Below, one piece after another: positions 55,823 through 64,000 of a stretch of 64,000 nt of DNA. Under the pieces are notes generated by a model. That model was not told the DNA's origin, searched no databases, and worked only from the letters and a program-made list of their open reading frames with translations. The stretch spans positions 64,001 to 128,000 of the forward strand of contig CAVSTP010000004.1 of assembly GCA_963730935.1 (NCBI GenBank), read 5' to 3'. Position numbers and translations under genes: made by a program. Numbering within the stretch: position 1 is the first letter of the stretch; the number at the start of each line of letters is the position of its first letter. The stretch is from an uncultured Nitrospiraceae bacterium (GTDB taxonomy: Bacteria; Nitrospirota; Nitrospiria; Nitrospirales; Nitrospiraceae).

Positions 55823-56635
55823 ATGAGGAAGATATTCAACAAGCTGATCATGATGGCCGCATTGATACTGGGACTCGACATGGGGCTGTGGGGTGTCATC
55901 CAAGCCGCCGCCGACGCTCAGAAAACGCCGGAGGAGCAGGTCATCACCAAACCGACGGAGAACCAATTGCCTGGAGATCGCTTGGTGACCGGCCGCATCG
56001 TGTCTATTCGAGGCAATCAAATGGAGATCGATATCGGTACCGTCAAATCGTTCTATGTGCCGGTGCGACCTGCCACGGTCAAAGGGCAGACGTTCGAGGT
56101 GGGGCAGCCGATCATCATCACCTTGAATGACCACAATGCGGTGGTGGATTACCACCATCCAAACGAGCGATCGGATCATCAGGTGCTGCGCGGGAAACTG
56201 ACAACTCCGCTCACCGTCGGGCTGGACAAGGCCGTGATCGAAACGTCGCAGGGAATCAGGACTTTTATGGTCGCGGATCGGGCAAAGGGAAAGCTCACGG
56301 CGATTCCAGTCGGTGTCGAGGCGTTCTTCCTTGCCGATGAGAGCGGCCAACTGGTCGACGCTCAGCTTGCCAGTGCAGAGGCGGTCCACGAATCCGGACA
56401 AAACAATAAAGCACGAATCAAAGGCGCCCATGAACAGGTCCGGGCGATCTTCAAAGGCACGGGTGGGGACAGCACATTGAAGATCGCTGAACAGGGGAAG
56501 GAGCGAGAGGTGCCGTTTCGCCCTCCGCTTGAAAAGCTCGATCGCCTGAAACCAGGTCAAGACGTCGTCCTATTGATGGACGATCAGGGATATGTGCTCG
56601 AGATCGCAACGCCTGAAGTCACGCCGGTCCGTTGA
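55823..56635 (+). CDS. Exported protein with three OB-fold-like repeats
   Basis: Signal/TM; three units ending FEVGQP..LND, IPVGVE..AD, LKPGQD..MDD. Confidence 0.7.
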   Translation: MRKIFNKLIMMAALILGLDMGLWGVIQAAADAQKTPEEQVITKPTENQLPGDRLVTGRIVSIRGNQMEIDIGTVKSFYVPVRPATVKGQTFEVGQPIIITLNDHNAVVDYHHPNERSDHQVLRGKLTTPLTVGLDKAVIETSQGIRTFMVADRAKGKLTAIPVGVEAFFLADESGQLVDAQLASAEAVHESGQNNKARIKGAHEQVRAIFKGTGGDSTLKIAEQGKEREVPFRPPLEKLDRLKPGQDVVLLMDDQGYVLEIATPEVTPVR

Positions 56636-56928
56636 CGACATGCTCACCTTGGGGGGCCGTATGGCATAGCGGTGCGCGCCATACGACCCTCCCTCTCCAA
56701 AACTGTTCGCGCTGAATCGATTCCTTCATGGTGTCCCGAACTTGGGCAGAACTTCCGTGACGACGAGGGATGCTACCAGTGGAATATGACGCCCTCGAGG
56801 CTAGCATGTCAGGGGGCACGAACCACACCAACAATCGTGTAATCCTCTCATAAGATCGGCTGCTCCTCCGCGCCGTAAGGCGCCGAGGGTATCCTTGTTA
56901 ATCTCCGAGCTTCATTGAAGGAGTTGTC

Positions 56929-57154
56929 ATGGCCATCAATCTGTTGCAGGACAAAGGGACACCGCTCCACCATGCCATTCACGTGGCCGAGCTCGCCGAC
57001 AACGACGGATGGCGATTGCTGATCAAACTGGCCAGGGAACTGGGGCAGGACGATATGGCCGGTCGATTTCAGACGGCGCTCAAGGAAGAAGACCGGCACC
57101 GCCCTGCGGGCATGGATGGAGCAGATCTGCCTGAATGAGGCCGGTGCGCAGTAA
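56929..57154 (+). pseudogene. Ferritin-like protein fragment
   Basis: SD AAGGAG; only AELADNDGW.LLI.LA...EEDRH helices; frameshifted tail ALRAWMEQICLNEAGAQ*. Confidence 0.6.
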
Positions 57155-57183
57155 AGACAGACGCTTCAAAAGGAGAACCTGCT

Positions 57184-57624
57184 ATGACCAGCCGAAACTT
57201 CGCTCGTGTCATCGGCATCGTCTTTCTCGCCGTCGGAGTGCTGGGATTTTTCCCAGGATTGAAGTCACCGCTTCCACTCTGGGCACCACACTTGGCAGCG
57301 GATGGGGAATACGGGCTGCTGCTGGGATTGTTTCCGGTTAATTGGATCCACAATCTCGTGCATCTGATCATCGGAATTGCCGCATGGAGAGCATCGAACA
57401 CAATGAGTGATGCCCGCAAATTCGCGCGCGGGTTGGCCATCTTGTACGGTGGACTGGCGGTCATGGGCGTGATCCCGAAGCTGAACAGCACATTCGGGTT
57501 GATTCCGCTCTTCGGCCACGATGTCTGGTTGCATGCGGCGACGGCTGCCATCGCCGCCTACTTCGGATTTGGTGAGCGGGCCGAGAAAATGGAAATCAGA
57601 GAACGGTACAAGAGAGCGGCCTAA
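57184..57624 (+). CDS. DUF4383 family membrane protein
   Basis: GVLGF.PG, LLGLFPVNWIHNLVHL..G, D.WLH. Confidence 0.85.
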   Translation: MTSRNFARVIGIVFLAVGVLGFFPGLKSPLPLWAPHLAADGEYGLLLGLFPVNWIHNLVHLIIGIAAWRASNTMSDARKFARGLAILYGGLAVMGVIPKLNSTFGLIPLFGHDVWLHAATAAIAAYFGFGERAEKMEIRERYKRAA

Positions 57625-58193
57625 CGTGAGGCGATGGCCTGTTGTTCGGAGCCAAGGTGACGTTCCAGCGCTCTCGCCGCCGAGATATGGCTAAGGAGGT
57701 TGGGTCCGGTGCGGACTAATTCCTGTTTAAGTGTGACATTGTCTTCGGATTCTGCGGCGGCCTCGAGAATGTTGAACGCTCGTACATGCTGCTGGATCTC
57801 ATACTGTACATACGCCCGGTCGAACGCTGTTCCCGACATGACCCGCAGGTCCCGCATAGCCTGTTCATGAGCCTGTTTCAGCTGGGAGGTGAGCGAGGGC
57901 GGGTCAGGCTGCAGCGATAACTGCGTGGCCAATCGCCCATTGGCTTCGGTCAATTGCCGGTGTTCATTCAAGACCCTGCCAGCGAACGCTTGAACTCTTG
58001 GATCGGATGCCTGTTTCTGTGCGAGCTGCGCCGCATCCATTTCTCCTTCATCGATGCTGTCCAAGACGCTCACGACATTGGCGTCCGACATCGTCAGGCC
58101 TGGGAGAAGCTGTTGGAAGAAAGCGCAACCGACGAAGACTGGGTCGACGAAGGTAGCCATGACCACAAATGTGAGGTTCTTGATCCTGATCAT
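57621..58193 (-). CDS. DUF4142 family protein
   Basis: GE.DAAQLA, V.AFA, EH, FDRAY...I..H, H...AR.L. Confidence 0.8.
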   Translation of the reverse strand: MIRIKNLTFVVMATFVDPVFVGCAFFQQLLPGLTMSDANVVSVLDSIDEGEMDAAQLAQKQASDPRVQAFAGRVLNEHRQLTEANGRLATQLSLQPDPPSLTSQLKQAHEQAMRDLRVMSGTAFDRAYVQYEIQQHVRAFNILEAAAESEDNVTLKQELVRTGPNLLSHISAARALERHLGSEQQAIASR

Positions 58194-58595
58194 TGGACCC
58201 TCTCCTTCGCGGGTTCAGGCCTACCTATCTCAACCATTATGATTCATGCTATGCCCGCGCCTCATGGATTGAGGCCTGGGGAAAATCCTAAGAAGAGGGT
58301 GAAATCGTCGGTAACGACTCGGCATAAGCTGTCCGTGCAAAGACAGTCTGTCTAGAAATCTGCCGGCGGTGATTGCAAAGGGAGAGCGCTGGCGGCGATT
58401 TTCTGGCTTCGTCGTTGGCGACCGGCCCGTGCATAAGGGCCTGTGTCTTGCAACCCTCTGATTTGATTTGCCCGACTTGATTTGCCGAGCCAACTTATCC
58501 GGCTCGTTCCAAGGTCATGTCATTTGCGCTGGTGTCCATAGATACTGGCGATTGAAGCCATTGGCGGCTTTCACAGACGAAGAGAAGGAGATTCC

Positions 58596-59371
58596 ATGAG
58601 CAGAAAGGTAGGGAAACGCTATCGGTATCGAACAAATACTCAGGATTTGGACTGGCATGAAGAGCGCGCCGATGCCGCGCAGAATATCGGAGATACGCAG
58701 CGGCTAGTCTCCGCCATCGCCGGAGTTGGATTGGTCATAGAAGGCTGGCGCCGCAGGTCCATGGCCGGCGGTGCCTTGGCCGTCGGCGGAATGGCACTGC
58801 TGTACCGTGCTGCGACCGGCTATTGCGCTGCGCTCGGAGCGATGGGCATCGATATGCGGGCGGCAGATCGGATACCAGACGGCTGGGTCGGCGCAAGGTG
58901 CACTCGAACCAGGCCACGAAGATCAGAAGAATTATCGAGATCAACAGGCCGCCGGACGAGCTCTATCGCTTCTGGCGTACACTCGACAACCTTCCGAGGA
59001 TCATGAGCCATCTGGAATCGGTGCAGGTCAGCACCGACCGGTTCTCTCACTGGACGGTCAAGACGATGCCCGGTCTGCCGACCATCGAATGGGATGCGGA
59101 GATCATCAATGATGTCGAGAATGAGCGGATCGGCTGGCGCTCATTGAACGATTCTGATGTCGACCAGGCAGGGTCGGTGGAGTTCGAACCGGTCGGCGAC
59201 GGCCGGACGACGCGGTTGACGGTGACCTTGCAATACTCGCCGATCGCCGGTCGCCTCGGAGCGGCCGTGGCCAAGTTCATCGGCCAGGATCCGGAATTCA
59301 AGATTGCCGACGATTTGCAGCGGTTCAAGGAATCCATGGAAACCGGGAACGCCGTGAGTTCGAAGGGTTGA
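58596..59371 (+). pseudogene. DUF2892-like + SRPBCC protein split by a frameshift
   Basis: N-part NIG...R..S...LYRAATGYC in one frame; SRPBCC part (ELYRFWR..NLP.IMSHL) in another; 1-nt loss near 58857; could be an assembly error. Confidence 0.7.
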
Positions 59372-59372
59372 G

Positions 59373-59888
59373 GTGAGGACACCGCACCCGGAACCACTGC
59401 GGCCGGACGACCATGTCATTGGACCGGATTCGGCGCCGGTGACCGTGATCGCGTATTGCGATTTCGAGTGTCCGTTCTGTGGCCGGGCGTTCGTCAGGAC
59501 CAAGCGGCTCCGCGAGCGATTCGAACATCAATTGCGCTTGGTCTACCGGCATTTTCCACTCACCGACAAGCATCTGTTTGCCCAACAGGCAGCCGAAGCC
59601 TCGGAAGCCGCCGCCCAGCAGGGCCGGTTCTGGGTGATGCACGACCTGCTGTTCGAGCACCAAGAGGACTTGGAAACGAAGGATCTCTACCGGTACGCGG
59701 AGGCGGCCGGCTTGGATCTTCCGCGCTTCAAGGCAGACCTGCATGGTCGGGTGCATGCCTCCCGAGTGCTTTTCGACGTGAGGTCCGGACAGCGAAGCGG
59801 CGTGACCGGCACCCCGACGTTCTTTCTGAACGACGCGTGGTTGGAAGACGACGATCGGTTGGAAGACATGATCGGACGTGCCGCGTAA
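59373..59888 (+). CDS. DsbA/thioredoxin family protein
   Basis: DFECPFC, YRHFPL, AAEASEAA..QG.FW, GVTGTPTFF. Confidence 0.9.
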   Translation: MRTPHPEPLRPDDHVIGPDSAPVTVIAYCDFECPFCGRAFVRTKRLRERFEHQLRLVYRHFPLTDKHLFAQQAAEASEAAAQQGRFWVMHDLLFEHQEDLETKDLYRYAEAAGLDLPRFKADLHGRVHASRVLFDVRSGQRSGVTGTPTFFLNDAWLEDDDRLEDMIGRAA

Positions 59889-60116
59889 CGGAGTAAGAAA
59901 CCACACTGAACCGAAGCTCGCGATGGAGACCGATACCCTCCTCATCCTCGCGGCGAAAGACCGCACAGTGAATACCAACCAGTGGTCTAGATTACAAGCC
60001 ACCACAAACCGGGTTGCAGCCTAGGCGATTTGAGCAGGACTAGAGAATGTTCCAGTGTGCAGGTACTGCATTCGGAATTACTCTGACCAAATTGAAGCAG
60101 GAAGAGGCGGAAACAG

Positions 60117-60320
60117 ATGACACGGGCGAAGGGATCAAGGCGCAAGCGAGCGAAACCCGACCCGCCAGCGATGGCGCGCGAAGAGAAAGCCGTCATTGAC
60201 ACCGATCATCTGCTTGAGGAAGTGGGGGAGGCCAATGCACAGATCGCCGATCCCGCGCAGCGCCAACGGGTGGTCCCGAGCCGTCCCTGTGAAGAGTCAG
60301 GAACCCATCACCACGATTGA
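60117..60320 (+). CDS. Small hypothetical protein
   Basis: 67-aa ORF with purine-rich upstream region. Confidence 0.35.
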   Translation: MTRAKGSRRKRAKPDPPAMAREEKAVIDTDHLLEEVGEANAQIADPAQRQRVVPSRPCEESGTHHHD

Positions 60321-60358
60321 GTCAGTCCGACAAGTGGCAATTTCTTAATTTACGTCTC

Positions 60359-60406
60359 TTGTATGTGCTCGGCATTAACGCCGCGTTTCACGATCCTGCC
60401 GCCTGG
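60359..60406 (+). pseudogene. N-terminal remnant of a carbamoyltransferase
   Basis: YVLGINAAFHDPAA matches the NodU/CmcH-family start LGI...HD.AA. Confidence 0.55.
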
Positions 60407-60442
60407 GTCAGCATTCATGCCGGAGGAGAAGAGGAGGTGACT

Positions 60443-60928
60443 ATGTCTAAGGATCGAGAGCCGGAAAAGAAAGAGATCGATGCCAACGACGTGATCCGTG
60501 AATACGTGGAGTCCGCCGACACCAACGACGAAGTCAATCAAACGAATATGGAATGGTACGAGCAGGCGAACCAGGACACGATCATACCGCCGGACGCCGT
60601 GCTCGCCGGTGGCGACATGGATGCCGCTTGGGATCAAGCGGCATCGGGTGAAGAGACCGTCGGCGGGACCACCCCGACACCGGATCAGGATATTGTCGAT
60701 GAAATCGGCCGGGCGGTGGGCGTCGAATATGAGGACGCGGAACCCCTGCATACAACCGAGAAACTTGAACGGCGCGACGAGCAGCGATGGGAACTCCATC
60801 CTGCTTCCTCTGAAGACTTCACCGAGCGTAATCAAAATTATGACAAGCCGGCGGCACCAGGAGAGGCAGCTTCCCGCTCGAAGCGGACTCCTTCTACTGC
60901 CAAGCGGGGGAAACGCAAGGCCGCCTGA
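60443..60928 (+). CDS. DUF6335-like protein
   Basis: GGD.DA.W, GEE.VGG..PTPDQD.VDEIG.A.G, K...RD..RWEL.P.S. Confidence 0.75.
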   Translation: MSKDREPEKKEIDANDVIREYVESADTNDEVNQTNMEWYEQANQDTIIPPDAVLAGGDMDAAWDQAASGEETVGGTTPTPDQDIVDEIGRAVGVEYEDAEPLHTTEKLERRDEQRWELHPASSEDFTERNQNYDKPAAPGEAASRSKRTPSTAKRGKRKAA

Positions 60929-61065
60929 TTTTCGTTCAAAAGCGGCTTCGGGTTGGTGGAAATCAACCGGGACTGGTGGAGACAAGCTGTCCTAGCACGG
61001 ACAGCTTGCCATGAAGCCGGCACAGGCCCTGATCCAACTTCGTATGTCGGCCACGCCTTCTGCGG

Positions 61066-61081
61066 AGGCATATCCCTTGCT
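61066..61081 (+). promoter_or_regulatory. Sigma54-like -24/-12 promoter
   Basis: AGGCATATCCCTTGCT, ~35 nt before ATG 61115. Confidence 0.55.
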
Positions 61082-61114
61082 GATTTATTCGCATACAGAT
61101 GGAAGGAGGACCCC

Positions 61115-61678
61115 ATGTCCCGTGTTTCCATGAGGATGATCACCGTCCTCAGCAGCCTGCTGGCCATCGCATGCTCTCCGGCGTTGTCCGCCGAGCCTCC
61201 GTCGGAAACTCAGCTCGAACGCTTGATGGAGACGGCGTCGCAGACCCCCGACCGCCCGGATCATGACTATGCCACGAACAGCTTAGAGGCGCTCCTGCGC
61301 CAAAGTCAGGAGCTGAAGCTTTCCAAGGAACAAACCGACAAGATCAAAACCATCAAGGATCAGTATGACCGGACCAGGCGCGATCGCGCGACAGCCTATA
61401 AACGCAGCGAGATGGACGCGCTGAAACTCATTCATGACAGCCACAGCTCGCTTTTCGCGATCGAACATGCCGTGCAGAAGGCGGATCAGGAACATAGCAG
61501 GCTTCGGATGGCGGGCATCAAGGCGTTGCGCGAAGCAAGGGACGTCTTACGGCCTGAACAATATAGTCAATGGCGACAGGACCATGCGGCACAACAGATG
61601 GCTCAGGGGCCTCGGCAGGAACGGGGTGAGCAGTATGACAGTGAATCGGGCGAGGCGGGGCGGATCGCACCACACTGA
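61115..61678 (+). CDS. Spy/CpxP-like periplasmic protein
   Basis: Signal peptide; LTxxQ-like motifs LKLSKEQ and VLRPEQ; SD AAGGAGG. Confidence 0.75.
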   Translation: MSRVSMRMITVLSSLLAIACSPALSAEPPSETQLERLMETASQTPDRPDHDYATNSLEALLRQSQELKLSKEQTDKIKTIKDQYDRTRRDRATAYKRSEMDALKLIHDSHSSLFAIEHAVQKADQEHSRLRMAGIKALREARDVLRPEQYSQWRQDHAAQQMAQGPRQERGEQYDSESGEAGRIAPH

Positions 61679-61717
61679 TGTCGGATACAACCCTCTCAAG
61701 GGCAGAAGGAGTCCATC

Positions 61718-62257
61718 ATGCCTCGATCAAAAATGTGGGTGGTCATAGCGGCCCTCGTCGGAATGCTTGCGCCGCCTATGATGCTGTTCGTCTGGGCGGA
61801 AGATGACACTGTGGTTCAAGAGGGAATGGTCGTGTTGATGGAATTTACCATTACGGTGCCCGAATCCCGGCTCGTCATCCCGAAAAATGTCAGCCAGTTC
61901 ACGCCCGGCCACAACGAACTCTTGCCCAATCTCGAGAAGGCCATCACAGGCATGAAAAAAGGCCAGGAAAAGCGGGTCGATCTCTCTTCTGAGGATGCGT
62001 TCGGACCGTATGACGAGTCAAAAAAAGGCATCATCAGCAGTGAACGGCTTCCACCGGGCACACAAGCAGGCACCATTTTCACGACGGAGGAGGGTGTGCC
62101 GTTCGTCGTGACTGAATTGGCCGGTCCCGTGGCCTCGATCGACTTCAATCATCCATTGGCCGGAAAGCATCTCGTAATCGACGTGAAAATCCTTGATGTG
62201 GAATCACCGACCCAGGAAGGCATGAATGCGGATGACCGACAGGACGTCACCATTTGA
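61718..62257 (+). CDS. FKBP-type (SlyD-like) peptidyl-prolyl isomerase with signal peptide
   Basis: LEKA..GM..G, AFG, DFNHPLAGK.L..DV. Confidence 0.88.
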   Translation: MPRSKMWVVIAALVGMLAPPMMLFVWAEDDTVVQEGMVVLMEFTITVPESRLVIPKNVSQFTPGHNELLPNLEKAITGMKKGQEKRVDLSSEDAFGPYDESKKGIISSERLPPGTQAGTIFTTEEGVPFVVTELAGPVASIDFNHPLAGKHLVIDVKILDVESPTQEGMNADDRQDVTI

Positions 62258-62269
62258 GGAGGAGTGGGT

Positions 62270-62902
62270 ATGCTGCCTGATCAAGCGTATAAGACCAAAT
62301 CCTTCAATCTGCATGGTCTCGAAGGTATCTCCGATAAGACGATCGATATGCATCTGTCGCTCTATGAGGGCTACGTCAAGGCAACGAACGCCCTCCAAGG
62401 GCGAATTGCCGACTTTCTAAGGGACGGACAGGTTGACCAGGAGGAGTTCCCGGCCTACTCAGAGCTCACCCGCCGTTTGGGGTTCGAGTTCAATGGAATG
62501 GTGTTGCACGAATATTACTTCGAAAATCTCACCCCGAAGGCATCAGTAAAGCCTGAGACCACGTCGGCGTTCCTCCGCCGGGTCGAGGCGTCGTTCGGCA
62601 CATACGACCGGTGGAAGACAGACTTCATCAGCGTGGGTAAAATCCGCGGAGTGGGATGGGCGATCTGCTTACAGGATCCGGCGACCGGACGTCTCAGCAA
62701 CCATTGGGTGACCCTACACGAGCACGGCAATGTCGCCGGGTTTCAGCCGGTCCTCGTGATGGATGTCTGGGAGCATGCGTTCCTACTCGACTATTCGCCC
62801 GCTGAGCGAGGGCAGTACATCAACGCCTTCTTTTCGAACATCAACTGGCGTGTCCTCGACCGTCGTGTAGGCTCTGACGCCCCTCATCTAAGGGCGGCCT
62901 AG
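62270..62902 (+). CDS. Fe/Mn superoxide dismutase family protein
   Basis: H..LYEGYV, NG..LHEYYF, G.GW, MDVWEHAF. Confidence 0.9.
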   Translation: MLPDQAYKTKSFNLHGLEGISDKTIDMHLSLYEGYVKATNALQGRIADFLRDGQVDQEEFPAYSELTRRLGFEFNGMVLHEYYFENLTPKASVKPETTSAFLRRVEASFGTYDRWKTDFISVGKIRGVGWAICLQDPATGRLSNHWVTLHEHGNVAGFQPVLVMDVWEHAFLLDYSPAERGQYINAFFSNINWRVLDRRVGSDAPHLRAA

Positions 62903-62971
62903 GCGACCAGCGTCCATCGCTCGCCTAGCGCGATTCCGCAATGACGAAGGCAGGATCACGATTGTGTCGGG

Positions 62972-64000
62972 TCAGGCCGCCAGTTTCTCGACGGCTTCGT
63001 CGTTGGGAACGGGGCGGAAGCGCCGGCAGGATAATGCGGCGATGCAGGCGGTGCAGAGGAGCACGAAACCGATCCCGAGCAAGCTCACGTGAGGCCCCAT
63101 CGTATCGGCGGCCCATCCAAACCCCGCCATGCCGGCCATTGCGGAAGCCATGGATCCCGTGCTGAAGGTGGTGAAGACGCGGCCAAGCAGTGGCGCAGGG
63201 GTAACCTCCTGCAACACTCCCCAGACGATCGGCATGAACAGGGCAGTACTGCCTCCGATGATGAGGATCAAGGCCCCAGCGACGAGCGGCGCCGTCAACA
63301 TGCTGAGTCCGCACATGGCCAAGCCGCCGACGGCCATCGAGCGGAAAATCAGCGTGAACCGTCCGTGCAAGTCTCCTTGAGTCAGCGATGCCAGCCAGGT
63401 TGACGTGGCAAGCATCCCTGCACCCAGCGCGGACCAGAGAGCGCCGACCTCCAGGGCTCCGGCGCTCAGATTCTGTTCGGCGAACACCGGCAGCATGAAC
63501 GCGAACGCGCTGGCGGCTAAGCTGTACAACGCGGCGGCAACCATCAGCACTAACACCGTTTGCTCCAGATAGACGAAGCGAATGCCGGCCATCAGTTCTT
63601 GGGTCCAGGTGGTGTGTGTGTTCTCGCGGCTATTGGTTTCCAACGGACGCATGCGCATGAAGATCAGGCAAAGGGCCGAGATGAAGAACGTCACCGCATC
63701 GACGTACAGGACGTTCTGCGATCCGATCAGCGCAATCCCGACGCCGCTGATTAACGGCCCAATGAGCAGGCCCGTATTGGTTGTCGTCTGCAAGAGGGCG
63801 TTCGCGGCGGTCAATTGATCGCGGCTCACGAGTTGTGGAACGGAAGCCGACAGCGCCGGTCCGAAGAAGGTGGACACAAGGGCCAGCAAAAAGACGGCGG
63901 CATAGAGGCGCTCGAGCGTCAGTTGGTCGAAGGCGTAAAGCAGTGGAATGAGCAACACGAGGACGCTCCGCGCAATGTCCACCCAGACCATGACGGTTTT
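62972..64000 (-). CDS. MFS transporter, 5' part outside window
   Basis: D..R, FF.PA....P.LV, GP..SG, Q..TP..L.GRV; open to window edge. Confidence 0.88.
   Translation of the reverse strand, partial: KTVMVWVDIARSVLVLLIPLLYAFDQLTLERLYAAVFLLALVSTFFGPALSASVPQLVSRDQLTAANALLQTTTNTGLLIGPLISGVGIALIGSQNVLYVDAVTFFISALCLIFMRMRPLETNSRENTHTTWTQELMAGIRFVYLEQTVLVLMVAAALYSLAASAFAFMLPVFAEQNLSAGALEVGALWSALGAGMLATSTWLASLTQGDLHGRFTLIFRSMAVGGLAMCGLSMLTAPLVAGALILIIGGSTALFMPIVWGVLQEVTPAPLLGRVFTTFSTGSMASAMAGMAGFGWAADTMGPHVSLLGIGFVLLCTACIAALSCRRFRPVPNDEAVEKLAA

Overview
GC-rich bacterial chromosomal window; gene order and protein style suggest Nitrospira/Nitrospirota (my inference, not a database result). About 1-29.5 kb is housekeeping: recA-recX-alaS-ruvX-mltG-deoC, a degenerate deoB, an IPT/TIG + YCF48-like pair, rsmE-dnaJ-dnaK-grpE, coaX-birA-nadC-valS, a RomR-like regulator, cobB, a panE fusion, MATE and a DUF2779-like nuclease. 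The main finding is a ~3.8 kb integrative element (29656-33535) at tRNA-Ser(CGA). It duplicates the 5' half of the tRNA rather than the 3' end. This puts the apparent native tRNA promoter in front of a tRNA half pointing into the island, while a candidate replacement promoter overlaps the integrase stop. It has matching arm-type repeats at both ends and carries a Zn-finger/Vsr(DUF559)-like nuclease, two small lipoproteins and a PilZ protein. 33.7-52 kb holds a PPTase, tadA, an ECF sigma/anti-sigma pair, TPR proteins, a PagL-like protein, a SagB-like nitroreductase, YcbK, glgB, an ArsB/NhaD transporter and MscS. 52-64 kb is a general-stress gene cluster with sigma54-like promoters and several deletion, frameshift and stop scars. 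No CRISPR array or rRNA seen. All family calls are from recalled motifs, not searches.
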